From: Paramoeba atlantica
Taxonomy: Eukaryota; Protista; Discosea
Assembly: GCA_977017575.1 (NCBI GenBank)
Contig: CDRNVI010000070.1
Coordinates: 1-64,000, forward strand
Direction of reading: 5' to 3'
DNA length: 64,000 bases
The position numbers and the translations under genes are program-made. Positions 8,787 to 18,684 of the stretch are shown here, in pieces. Each line of letters starts with the position of its first letter. Within the stretch, counting starts at the first letter, position 1. The notes under the pieces are model-generated. The model was not told the DNA's origin, did not search any database, and saw nothing but the letters and a program-made list of their open reading frames with translations.

Positions 8787-10961
8787 ATGCGACGTTCCAC
8801 TTTTATTTTAGGAAGGCAAATTGCTGACACTGCACATAAAAAGAGGTTCGCTACAGATTTCTACCATGCTGCGACACCATCGAAATGGCCGCCTTCTGCG
8901 GGACCCCCGTTTTCACAATCGTACCAGCCCACATCCTGGAAATACAGCGAGGACAGATCTTATGGCAGACCACCAGAGGAATTACCTCCCCTCCCATTCG
9001 AAAACAAAACAACAGCACAAAACGTAGGGAGTCTCTCTCATGTGTCGACCCCTCTCCAAGACCCTTCGGTCTCCCCACGACCTGATGCGCCACCTCTGTT
9101 ATCCGTGATAAAAGACGACCGACTGCGAGTAGGACTTGCTGGAACCATGAACGTGGGTAAGTCAACTCTATTTAACATGCTTGCCTACGAACGGGTGCCG
9201 AATTTTCACCTCGTAGCCAACGCAAACGGTACCACCCGTGACGCCACCGAAGCCCACGCCAAACTCGGCGACATCGAGTTTACCGTCATCGACACCCCCG
9301 GGTGCCTCGACGGAGCGCTCCCCTCCGAAACCTACACCCTCCTCCTCTCCTGTGACCTCATCCTCTGCCTCCTCTCCGCCCCCCACGGCGTCACCCCCGA
9401 CGCCACCGCCCTCATCACCCTCCTCCACCACCTTAACCTCCCCCTTCTCCTGGTCTTCACCCACACCGACCTCCTCCCCTCCTCCCCCTCCCCCGCCCTC
9501 ACCGCCGCCGCCCGCCCCCTCCGTCTCGGCACCCCCCTGTTCCTCTCCCTCCGCACCCGGGCGGGGGCCGACCCGCTCCACGCCGCGCTCGCCCCCCACC
9601 ACGAGCACGCCGTCCTCCGCCGCACCCTCGCGGACTACGCGCTCGAGGACGCCGCGCTCGCGGGGGACGCCGCCGCGACGGGTCTCATCCAGCAGCGTAA
9701 CGCCATGGAGCGGTACGTGCGGGTGGCGCTGGTGGGGCGGCCGAACGCGGGGAAGAGCACGCTGTGGAACAGGATGGTGGGGGGAGGGGGGAATGGGGGA
9801 GGGGGGGGAGAAGGGGGGGGAGAAGGGGGGGGAGGGGGGAATGGGGGAGAAGGGGGGGGAGGGGGAAGGGGGGGAAGAGAAGGGGGGGGAGAGGGATCGA
9901 CGGGGCAGGTAGAGGCTCGGGAGGGAGGGAGGGGAGGGGGAAGGGGAGGGGAGGGGGAGCGATCGACGGGGCAGGTAGAGGCTCGGGAGGGAGGGAGGGG
10001 AGGGGGAGGGGAAGTAGAAGAGGGGGGGCGTGTGGAATCTTGGGGAGAAGGGAGGGGAGGGGGCGAAGAGGAAAGGGGGGGAGGGGGAGAGGAAGGACGG
10101 AGGGGAGGGGGGGAGGAGAAAAGGAGGTTAGACGCCCCCGAACGATCCTCTGAACAAGGTCGTGGAGGAGGACACTCACAAGGTAACCCAGGAACACAAC
10201 AAGCTCCTCGAGTGTTTGCACACCCACGGGCTCGGGTCTCCAAGGTGCCGGGGACCACACGGGATACGTTAGAGGTACGTTGCGTGTACAAAGGGACGCG
10301 GATGAAGCTGATTGACACCGCGGGGTTTGTGCGCATACGAGAGCTGCGCGATCGGCCGTTTCGGGAGGCACTGTGGAAACGGACCCGATCGGCGCTGCGG
10401 TTTGCCAGTGTCGTGGTGGTGGTGTTTGATGCCAGCAAGGGGTGCCCCAGCAAGGCGGATCTCATTCTTGGGTACCGATGCGTGGATGAGGGGCGGGCGG
10501 TGGTGTATGCGGCCAATAAGTGGGATACGGTAGAGGATGGGATCGCGACCGCGGAGGCGATTGATTATAAGCTACGCAGACAGCTGTATGAGGTGAAGTA
10601 TTGTAATGCCGTGGCGGTGTCTGGGGTGACGGGGTTGAATTTGGATCTGCTGTTGGATAGTGTGATTCGGGCGTATGAGACGTGGAATCGGCACATTCCG
10701 GCGTCCGTGTTGACGCGATTTTGGCAGCGCTTGGAGAAAACGGTGAGCATGCCGCATCACGTGACGCGGGTGCGTAGGCTACAGCAAATCAATATACGAC
10801 CCCCGACGTTTTTGTTACACCTACAAACACGGAATGATAGGAAAAAATTGCCCCCAAGATACGAAAATATGATACGGAATGCTTTGGTGGAAGAGTTTGG
10901 TTTTCGAGGCGTACCGTTGCGCGTCTTTCAGTGTGTGAAAGATGCGTTTAAAGATATCTAA
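8787..10961 (+). CDS. engA: EngA/Der double GTPase (probably mitochondrial ribosome biogenesis) with a ~150-aa Gly/Glu-rich insertion
   Basis: Two G domains (GTMNVGKS/GTTRD/DTPG and GRPNAGKS/GTTRD/DTAG/NKWD) and a C-terminal KH-like domain (PPTFLL...YENMIRNALVEEFGFRGVPLR). MRRS presequence-like start, AG at 8768-8769. Confidence 0.9.
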   Translation: MRRSTFILGRQIADTAHKKRFATDFYHAATPSKWPPSAGPPFSQSYQPTSWKYSEDRSYGRPPEELPPLPFENKTTAQNVGSLSHVSTPLQDPSVSPRPDAPPLLSVIKDDRLRVGLAGTMNVGKSTLFNMLAYERVPNFHLVANANGTTRDATEAHAKLGDIEFTVIDTPGCLDGALPSETYTLLLSCDLILCLLSAPHGVTPDATALITLLHHLNLPLLLVFTHTDLLPSSPSPALTAAARPLRLGTPLFLSLRTRAGADPLHAALAPHHEHAVLRRTLADYALEDAALAGDAAATGLIQQRNAMERYVRVALVGRPNAGKSTLWNRMVGGGGNGGGGGEGGGEGGGGGNGGEGGGGGRGGREGGGEGSTGQVEAREGGRGGGRGGEGERSTGQVEAREGGRGGGGEVEEGGRVESWGEGRGGGEEERGGGGEEGRRGGGEEKRRLDAPERSSEQGRGGGHSQGNPGTQQAPRVFAHPRARVSKVPGTTRDTLEVRCVYKGTRMKLIDTAGFVRIRELRDRPFREALWKRTRSALRFASVVVVVFDASKGCPSKADLILGYRCVDEGRAVVYAANKWDTVEDGIATAEAIDYKLRRQLYEVKYCNAVAVSGVTGLNLDLLLDSVIRAYETWNRHIPASVLTRFWQRLEKTVSMPHHVTRVRRLQQINIRPPTFLLHLQTRNDRKKLPPRYENMIRNALVEEFGFRGVPLRVFQCVKDAFKDI

Positions 10962-11123
10962 CATGGTAATGACCAATGGGGGTATGTTGTGGTGTATGTT
11001 GTGTCACTTGTAATCATGGTTAGAATACAATCACTACTGTTGAACTACTTGTTTGCTGCATTTTATTTTCTTTATAGAAGCGTTCGGGTATTCTTTCCAT
11101 TTTTATAATCCTTTTATTTTGAA

Positions 11124-11510
11124 ATGGTAAACGCAAACAGTGCACGTGCCCTCCGTCAGTTTTCCAAGAAGGATTTACTGTCCCGCGTGGATGTGCTAAA
11201 GAAAGAGCTCCTCCAACTCCGCTGTGCGGCGAAGACTTCCGGAACACAGACCAAAGCTTGCAAGCAGCGGGTTGTCCGACGGAGCATAGCGCGCGTTTTA
11301 ACAGTTTTAAACCAGACTGAGAAAGAGAATTTGCGCAAATTTTATGATCGCCCTCAAAACAAGCGCAAAATGCCGAAATTCTTAAAACCAAAGCTGACAA
11401 AGGCGAAACGACAAGCTTTAAAGCCACACGAAAGAAATGCAAAAAGTCTTAAGCAAGTGAAAAAGATGAAGGCCTTTCCCAAGCGTACGTATTTCGTGAA
11501 GGCTGCATAA
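11124..11510 (+). CDS. RPL35: 60S ribosomal protein L35 (uL29)
   Basis: LKKELLQLR...VRRSIARVLTVLNQ...ENLRKFY...PKLTKAKRQAL...KAFPKRTYFVKA motifs. Confidence 0.95.
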   Translation: MVNANSARALRQFSKKDLLSRVDVLKKELLQLRCAAKTSGTQTKACKQRVVRRSIARVLTVLNQTEKENLRKFYDRPQNKRKMPKFLKPKLTKAKRQALKPHERNAKSLKQVKKMKAFPKRTYFVKAA

Positions 11511-12711
11511 CTGAAAAAATGCAGACATATTGACGTGTAATGTACATGGCAGATGTTTGAAGTTGAAAGCATAAAATAGTGCCGTATAACGACAAAGGAT
11601 AAAACTATCGAAAGGAAGAATATTCTTTTGATTACAACGAAACATCAGAAATATTGATCTATTCTAGTTTCCAGAACCAGATGTAGTCCCTTTCGTTCTT
11701 TTGGAAATATTGCACACTTTTGTATTTTATCATTTAGAAACATTTTACCTTTCCTAGTGAGGTACTCTTCAATGGAGTTTCTGACGAATTCGTTTGCGCG
11801 CATTCACTACGTACTTCTTTATCTGAACTGTGTGACTTGTGCATATTTTTTCTGTCGCGTGCTTATCACTCAACCTATGAGAATAAAAAGAATTCTCCAT
11901 CTCCATAGGATTTTCTCCCACAAGTCGGTTCCCGATTTTTTTTATTTATGACCCCATTTCTTCTTCCTTGACAACGGGATGCCTAGTGGTAATTGTCTGA
12001 GGAGTTGGGTGCAAGTCCTTACTGACTGTAATAAGTGTTTTTGTAATAAGTGATGTTGACTGTAATATGGTGCACAAGAAAAGTCACGGCCAGGTTGGTT
12101 TTTCACACTAGCTTGTGAAGGGGGAAGAATGAGTGACCTCCTGGTGGGAACACACTCATATTGCATGCATATTTTTTATTGATCTTATCTATTGATCCGT
12201 TGCATACACCGCTGTATCTCGTACGTATTTTATGGTATTCACTACAGCTCTGAGCGAATGCTTATCTAATGCGTAAGGCGTTCAATTAGATATCTATTGA
12301 GACACCTAGCGAAATCACTGCAGCTTTTCCACTTTATTATAAAGTGTAGCCGAGGAATCCACATAAGTTATGTCGGTTTGTACCATCAGAAGAAAGGACA
12401 TCCTGACAAGGTCTGCAGGATCCAAAGTTCCTTCTTGTCAAGAGTTGATGTACTATTACTTCTTCCTTCGCTTGCTCTTTTTTTTGAAATTATTGACTTG
12501 CCTAAAACGTAGTTTATTTTGCACATCCGCAACTGTGCATGATGTTTCCCCCCTTTTGCGCCCCCACGATATGTGAAAAATCAACATTGTAAGAGAAATG
12601 GGTAAATATAGGAACGGATAAGGATGATCGGCCTGCTGAGAGAACAGTTGAGCCCTGAGCCCCAGCAAAATATGTAAACCACTATATACGAAAAAAACAT
12701 ATTTTATAGAA

Positions 12712-13685
12712 TTATAAACCGTCGCCAGAATCGCCACTTACGTCACTGTCGCTACATGAACTCTCGCTGACTTCCTCCCGTTCAGGATTTTCAGCCCCGT
12801 AGTGCAGCAGGACGCAGTTCAAAAGATTTTGCATTCGACATTGCCAAGCTTGGTGTAAGCCCATGTGAGTGGCACCAAGTTTCACGCACTGAAGCGCAAC
12901 GTTTCGCTGGAGTTGCAAAGGGGTGGCCTCGTAATTATAGTGCTGGCGCTTAACCCATCCCTTTATGGTACCGCGGACGCCCTCTGCGTGATTAGTGTGG
13001 TACCCTTGATAGGTAACGAACTCCTTGCTGTGGTTCACCGCGCAGTGTCGGCAATACTCGCCGAGGTTGACGTATCCTTTCCAGTAATCGCTGACCACAA
13101 CAGTCATCGCGCTGGCCAGATGGGGCAGAATGAAGGAATGAAGAGTTTCTAGGTCACGACGCCTCACCAACTTCCAATGGGTAAGACCCGTTTTCCGTCC
13201 CCCCTGCTCAGTAAGTGTTGCGAACCACCAACCCCGCTGACCTTGTCTACGACCTCTGTTGTATTTTCCCCTACCAATGAACGTCTCGTCCACTTAGATT
13301 CGCGAAAACGCGTGATCAAAATTGCGCTCTTGATCAAGCGCAGCCTCCGCGAGGTGACGCAAGATGTCCTTCACAGCCTTTCGTCCGATACCACAGTGCA
13401 CAAATGGTTCACAATATCTGCCCACACCAAGAGAAGCATGCTCGGAGTCAGCAAAGTGCGCCTTGAAATATAAGGGAGAAATCGGCTAACGTGCACTCGG
13501 CAAGAATTCCGATCACCAGGTTCTCGGTGCACACAAAGCCGCATCCGATTGTTGCTCGGGATGTCAACCCTGAACTGGTTCCCATGATCAGGGCATTTGG
13601 GTGGGCCAAACAGACCGTGAGACTTCATCCACTTCTCCGCATCATTCCCCTGAGGAATAGCGGCAACGCTTCGCCATAGCCTCAT
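12712..13685 (-). pseudogene. Merlin (IS1595/ISXO2-like) transposase pseudogene
   Basis: VDETFIGRGKYNRGR, RRRDLETL, SDYWKGY, VNHSKEFV and HTNHAEG are ISXO2-type DDE motifs. A Cys-rich N-terminal part lies at 13371-13685. The frame is broken by a frameshift near 13400 and a TAA at 13294-13296 immediately before VDET. Confidence 0.88.
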
Positions 13686-14000
13686 GCAGGCGTACCCCGG
13701 ACACCCCCTACAAACAGGTCGAACCTCAAGATTTCACCACGTACGGTATGTTCAATGAACGGGCACCCAATTCTTTGAACATTCAACGAACGTGCCCTCA
13801 AGCCGGAATTTGACATCTTTTGGATACCTTGAGAGAGTTTAGAGGACGCGAAGCCATGCTACAGAAAACTCAGATACGAAATATACGCAGTACTTTCTCT
13901 ACGATAGTTAGTTTGATTGAACAATTTATTCACAACCTCTTTCATTTTCTGTAAACCATATATAGTCGACGTTAATAAATCGAAACCATTGCTATTTTCA

Positions 14001-14645
14001 ATGACTTATTCCTTTTCATTGTTACGTGCGCTACGGACATCAGACGTGCAGTCTTCAAAGAATCCACGTGCAGCGGAGGTAAGGTCTGTTTTCGTGCCGC
14101 AAGAATACGATTTGGTAAGACTTATTGAAAATGTAGAGAAAAGGCATCCTAGCTGGGACACGAACACACCTGCCTGTGAGTGGAATGGCATTCTATGTTG
14201 TGAGAAGCAAGTTATAGGAATCGCCTGGTCCTTTACGGATCTAGAATCGTTAATTTGGAAATATTTGCCTTTAAGTTTAATGTCGCTTCAGGCGATGAGT
14301 GCCCAGCTTCGTTGTGAACTTCCCCTAGAGATGTTTCCCCCGACTCTCCTACATATTTATCTGTATTCCAATAAGTTAATAGGTAATCTCGACCTTCTGC
14401 AGCTTCCTCCTTTATTGGAGGTGTTCGACGTCCAAAGCAATTATTTTTTTGGCCTCGTCGATTTTTCATTACTTCCGACAAGTTTGACCGACCTGACGTT
14501 GTCTTGGAACAGTGAACTCAAAGGTGCGTTCGACGTGAGACTGTGTAGTCTGGATTTGAAGTATGACTTTCGGTACACAAATATTACGGTCTCCAACGGA
14601 TGTTTATCTCGGGATGTTTATCTCGGAGGCCAATTAGCAGCATGA
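14001..14645 (+). CDS. Leucine-rich repeat protein (plant-type LRRNT cap plus ~22-aa repeats), paralogue 1
   Basis: SWDTNTPACEWNGILC cap and LPxxLxxxxLxxNxLxGxLDLxxLP repeats. The ATG at 14001 is preferred to the upstream TTG. Confidence 0.8.
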   Translation: MTYSFSLLRALRTSDVQSSKNPRAAEVRSVFVPQEYDLVRLIENVEKRHPSWDTNTPACEWNGILCCEKQVIGIAWSFTDLESLIWKYLPLSLMSLQAMSAQLRCELPLEMFPPTLLHIYLYSNKLIGNLDLLQLPPLLEVFDVQSNYFFGLVDFSLLPTSLTDLTLSWNSELKGAFDVRLCSLDLKYDFRYTNITVSNGCLSRDVYLGGQLAA

Positions 14646-14784
14646 TTCGGAATGACCATGTGTGTACTTGATGTGGACTGTTTCAACTGCGTGAGCTGTC
14701 GAAGTGATAAACCGTGTATTACGCTAAGAAGAATTACCGTCACTCCCTTCGATGACCGTTCATCCCCTTCACTTGTCCGACTAG

Positions 14785-14826
14785 GTGACATATCCTCTGT
14801 CTACAACCGATGAGAGGATATGTCAC
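14785..14826. other. 14-bp perfect hairpin (GTGACATATCCTCT / AGAGGATATGTCAC), extendable by TCCGA/TCGGA
   Basis: Read directly from the sequence. Confidence 0.7.
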
Positions 14827-15000
14827 TCGGATATGGACGGACGGGCATGTCATAACGTCCCCGGCTTCAAAAGTAGATATCGTTGGAGTATCGCCATTCA
14901 TATACATTATCATACAGATAATCTGCAGAGATTTGGTAAAGTGAATATCGGAAAATAATTCCGTTATCCGCGCACACAACGCGTTTAATTCACTTTTAGT

Positions 15001-15700
15001 TTAAGCAACGTTTGAAGTGGGATCATGTATCCAGTTTACGTCATCGCGGGGCTGAAAAAATTTAAAACTTCCTCGCAGTGCGCTCTGGGTCATACTTTGC
15101 CGGCATGCCTCGATGAGACTATCGTTCCCAAGAAAAAGAGAGTTCAGAGCTCGAGCTGAGCTGTGGAGCTTCCCTCGTGCGCCTACTCCGAACACCAAAA
15201 GAAAGGTGGCTGGGTGTTCAAGCTTCCTGGAATGATAAATATTCGTGTACTTCTTCATGTTCCGCTCATGTGCGTAGGTAAGGTTCTCCTCCCATGGGCA
15301 AGTTAGCTCTATGATATATTCTTCCCCGTTCGCAACTTTCACCCAGCCGTCCGGTCGGAGCTCAGTGTCCAAGATTGTGAGCGACGACGGAATGGAACGG
15401 AACTGTGGAAGATCAAAGTGTGCGATTTTTGTTGCAGGAGAATTGACAACACGGAATGCTAGGGTTTGGAGTACTAGATCATGCCGCAGGGTGTATGGGC
15501 CCTGTTCGAGTGATTTTGCACACCCGGAGAGGATACTTATGGCGTGTGGTTACTAATGGCGTGTGGTCTTCGTTTCGGTTCTGCATATTGGACATTTGTC
15601 GCTGGTGTGGGTTGAAACACCCCCAAGACGCGTGGGTGACCGAGGATGGTGTTCATACGACCATGAGGGAGCTAACTCCCTTCCGTGGACGCGAATGGAA
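15001..15700 (-). mobile_element. 3' part of an RLE non-LTR retrotransposon (NeSL/HERO-like): CCHC knuckle plus endonuclease
   Basis: Reads DKCPICRTETKTTRH..ILSGCAKSLEQGPYTLRHDLVL, then LRPDGWVKVANGEEYIIELTCPWEENLTYAHERNMKKY...FGVGARG. A 21-bp insertion puts stops in the knuckle, and no RT domain is recognisable upstream. Confidence 0.85.
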
Positions 15701-15924
15701 TTCCCATCGTACATACTACAAATGACTTCCATGATTCATGATACTGTATCATGAATCCATGGCCCTGACCATACTGTATCATACAACATGGTCAGGGCCA
15801 GGTATACGTGCTGGCAAATGAAGTCATGGTTCATCGTGCGTCATGGTCATCGGGGTCCCACAGAATCCGCCACGGCTGGTGAGCAAGGGAGGCACCATAG
15901 AGCATCCTCTCGAGCACGCATATA

Positions 15925-16041
15925 CAGTGCGCCCCGATAGTAAAGTTTTTTTTAGTAGTTACCACCGAGTTTGGGTAACTACTAAAAAAACGTTACCATT
16001 CGGGAAACCGTTTTTTGGGACTTTACCAACTGGGCGCACTG
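15925..16041. mobile_element. 117-bp Tc1/mariner MITE
   Basis: TA|CAGTGCGCCC..AGTAAAG and CTTTACC..GGGCGCACTG|TA ends, with an internal 17-bp perfect inverted repeat (15947-15963 / 15974-15990). Confidence 0.8.
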
Positions 16042-16212
16042 TAACGCGTTTGCTCGCCGTGTGGGAGACTTCCAGTATATGGAAGCCTCCTGCGCGCAGA
16101 AGTACCGGTGTCACGTTAGTGGGAAGGCAGGCCGCGTGGTCCCGTAGAAGGGTCCAGCAGCGCATGGGGACTCGCAACCGTGTTCCGACCGGGTTATTGA
16201 GGAATGAAAAAA

Positions 16213-16375
16213 GGGAGCCGCACTTCTACTTTCTGACAAGAGGGACAGTTCCCCGTCTAGCGTCATCCGGAAGCGGGCGTGAACACAGTAAAAATATGCC
16301 CGCTTCCGGGAGAGAAATGATGAGCTAGGAAAATGTACCAATAAGGCACAGAAACTGCATCTTTATCCTTTAGTG
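16213..16375 (-). ncRNA. Spliced-leader (SL) RNA-like sequence, copy 2
   Basis: The minus strand reads CACTAAAGGATAAAGATGCAGTTTCTGTGCCTTATTG|GTAC (37 nt, 16375-16339). It has an ACTAA start, matches 17/19 nt of the SL 3' end and is followed by the GT donor. It also has the TGTGCC/GGTACA stem, a perfect 12-bp hairpin (16298-16309 / 16267-16278) and a T6 tract at 16207-16212. Confidence 0.65.
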
Positions 16376-16660
16376 CAAGATCCAGAGACATTATGGCAAG
16401 ATCCACGTAATGTCCGCCAAGGTGGAGAGATGACCCCCCACAGGAAAAACGTAGACAAAAAAAAGCAATGCATTCCTCTAAAAAAAGCAATGCATTTCAT
16501 CTAAACAAGGACTTCGATGAGTGTCTTTTCAGGTTTCCTACGTGTATTGGTTTCATTGTACTGATCCCTACCTTAATTTACAAACACCGTCAACCCCTTG
16601 TGCTCGTCTTTTTATCCTTCCCCGCCATCTCACTCCCTCTCCACCCCTCCACTCCTCCCC

Positions 16661-17779
16661 ATGCCCCCCTCCCCCCCACAACCTCTTTCCTACCGTGATG
16701 CCCTCGCCGAGAGCTCACGCCAACACAAATTCCTCCTGGTTTGCATTACCCCCTCCTTCTCCTGCTCTGCCTCCCCCCTCCCCTCCCTCTCCCCCTCCTC
16801 CTGCTCCTTCCTCCACCACCACTTTGTACTGTGGCAACGACCCCTCCACACCCCCGAGGGTCTCGCGGCCTTCCACGCCCTCCACGGGGTCTCGGCCCCG
16901 CTCTACGCTGTACTGGTCCGCATCCACGGCCATGATCAACTGATCTGTCGTATGCAGTACAGTGCAGGGGAGGGAGGGGAAGAGAGAGGAGTAGAAGGAG
17001 GAGTAGAAGGAGGAGCAGAACGGAGAGTAGAAGGAAGAGTAGAAGGAGGAGTGGAAGGAGAAGAAGGAGAAGAAGAAGGAGAACAACAAGGGCGTCTACT
17101 CCCCCCCGAGGCTGTGGTCGACCAGCTCCGTCGGGTGGTGGGGGAGAGGCACCGTGGGGTGGGGGAGACGCTGGCGTCCCGGAGAGGGGAGGGGGTGAGC
17201 CGGGCGGGACTGCGGAAGACCCAGCAGGGGGAATATGAAGTGGCCTGGGGGAGGGATGCGGGGAGGGGAAGGGGGGGTGGGGAGGGGGAGGAAAAAGGGG
17301 AGGAAAAGGGGGAGGAAGTGGAGGTTGGGGGAAAAGTCGGTGAAACGGAGGAGGTTGCGGGCGTTGGTAGGACTGTAATGAGTACCCCTGCTTGTGTGCC
17401 AGAGACCCCTGCATATGTGCCTGAGGTTCTCACAACGTGTGGGATATCAGCCTCCGGAACTGAGAGCATGAAAGTGGAGACAGGAGTTGGGACAGAAGGA
17501 GAGGAAGTGCTGTGTACCAAAATTATTTTGCCCACGGGGAAAACGGTAATGCGCCAGTTTCGAGTCGTGGACACAACGGACGCGGTGTATGATTTTGTGG
17601 AACAGTATTTAGCCGAATACCCGATACCCGTCGCGCAGGGCGCCTCGCCTGGCAATAAAGCAAGCCTTGCTTTATCTGTTCAATCACATCCTATAAAAAA
17701 GCTTCCAAAGGACTCTACTATACGATTAAGCGAATATAAATTCCCTCCTCGAATAGTTATTTACGTTACCTATACGTGA
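16661..17779 (+). CDS. UAS + UBX domain protein (FAF/UBXN-like p97 adaptor)
   Basis: N-terminal YRDALAESSRQHKFLLV...FVLWQ (UAS-like) and C-terminal IILPTGKTVMRQFRVVDTTDAVYDFV...HPIKKL (UBX). Glu/Gly-rich linker. ATG at 16661 chosen as the start. Confidence 0.75.
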   Translation: MPPSPPQPLSYRDALAESSRQHKFLLVCITPSFSCSASPLPSLSPSSCSFLHHHFVLWQRPLHTPEGLAAFHALHGVSAPLYAVLVRIHGHDQLICRMQYSAGEGGEERGVEGGVEGGAERRVEGRVEGGVEGEEGEEEGEQQGRLLPPEAVVDQLRRVVGERHRGVGETLASRRGEGVSRAGLRKTQQGEYEVAWGRDAGRGRGGGEGEEKGEEKGEEVEVGGKVGETEEVAGVGRTVMSTPACVPETPAYVPEVLTTCGISASGTESMKVETGVGTEGEEVLCTKIILPTGKTVMRQFRVVDTTDAVYDFVEQYLAEYPIPVAQGASPGNKASLALSVQSHPIKKLPKDSTIRLSEYKFPPRIVIYVTYT

Positions 17780-18077
17780 ATTCTAAGGGATTCGTCATCT
17801 CCCAAGAAACTTGTACATCAGAGGTGACAGTATCAAGTGGTTACGGCGTAATCATGATAGCTCCCAACTAAGGTGGCTTGTCAACTCGCTGCCAAGTCTT
17901 ATGCCCGCACATGCAATTTATTGCCACTACTTCTTTTCGTACATACACTTTGCTTTTGGTACATTTTGCAACTACCTTTGTGTTAATTTTCGTGTGTACG
18001 TTTAGGAGATGCTTGTTTTTGTACGTTAAGGACTCCAACATTTCATTAATACTTGAAAGGACCTACATTTTTCCACC

Positions 18078-18329
18078 ATGGGACGAAGCAAACTTTTCCC
18101 TTATCTTTCACGTCGACAAAATAAAGCCCGTCGCAGGAAACTGTCAGCTCGACATCCCCAAATGAAGCGCCACCTAACGTCACAAAAGCGTCGTGTTCGA
18201 GGAAAAATAAAGGCACAACAAATACCCCACGAAGCCGCCCTTATAGAATCCAAATTTCGGCGCATCAAGGAGGGGAAAGCCAAACCGGAAGATTCAAACA
18301 GTGAACAAATTTCCAATAAAAAGAGTTGA
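18078..18329 (+). CDS. Small Lys/Arg-rich hypothetical protein
   Basis: ATG-started 83-aa ORF on the polycistron strand, highly basic. No family recognised. Confidence 0.55.
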   Translation: MGRSKLFPYLSRRQNKARRRKLSARHPQMKRHLTSQKRRVRGKIKAQQIPHEAALIESKFRRIKEGKAKPEDSNSEQISNKKS

Positions 18330-18684
18330 ACGCCACCAGTAGAATCTTAAGTCACACACTTGAGATGCACTCATGAGTCTGCCAATTCGCCCTTGCCAAT
18401 TCACGCAATCTAAACCATGAAAACAGTGTGAGGCGCTACTTTACCCCTGAAGTCGATTGATATTCCGTTCATTTATTGGCATATGGTCGTTTTGCTTACA
18501 TTCTTTTTTCGCTGCGTACCACTCAATGACATCTTTTATTTCCGATTTATGGTTGTGTCAACATCTTGATAAATTCACTTCTATTTATTCTTTTTTACTA
18601 CACGTTGCTCCTTACCGCTTTTTCACAAGAAGTTTTTCTGCAATTAAACATATGAATCTTTTTAACTCCCATTACTAGCTTTTT

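Noticed and set aside
9777-10203. EngA G-rich insertion as a GT-AG intron
   Set aside because: Splicing GT at 9777 to AG at 10203 shifts the frame, there is no pyrimidine tract, and the unspliced frame already joins both conserved halves.
9168-10516. Long overlapping Pro-, Gly- or Arg-rich ORFs in alternative frames (also at 16.5-17.6, 35.3-35.9, 51.1-53.2 and 61-62.7 kb)
   Set aside because: Shadow ORFs arise because C-rich and G-rich sequence lacks stop codons. The conserved domains lie in the + frame already called.
14985-15000. AACTAAAAG right after the retroelement stop (minus strand) as an SL exon start
   Set aside because: Only 6-8 nt match in AT-rich sequence, and the rest of the exon is absent.
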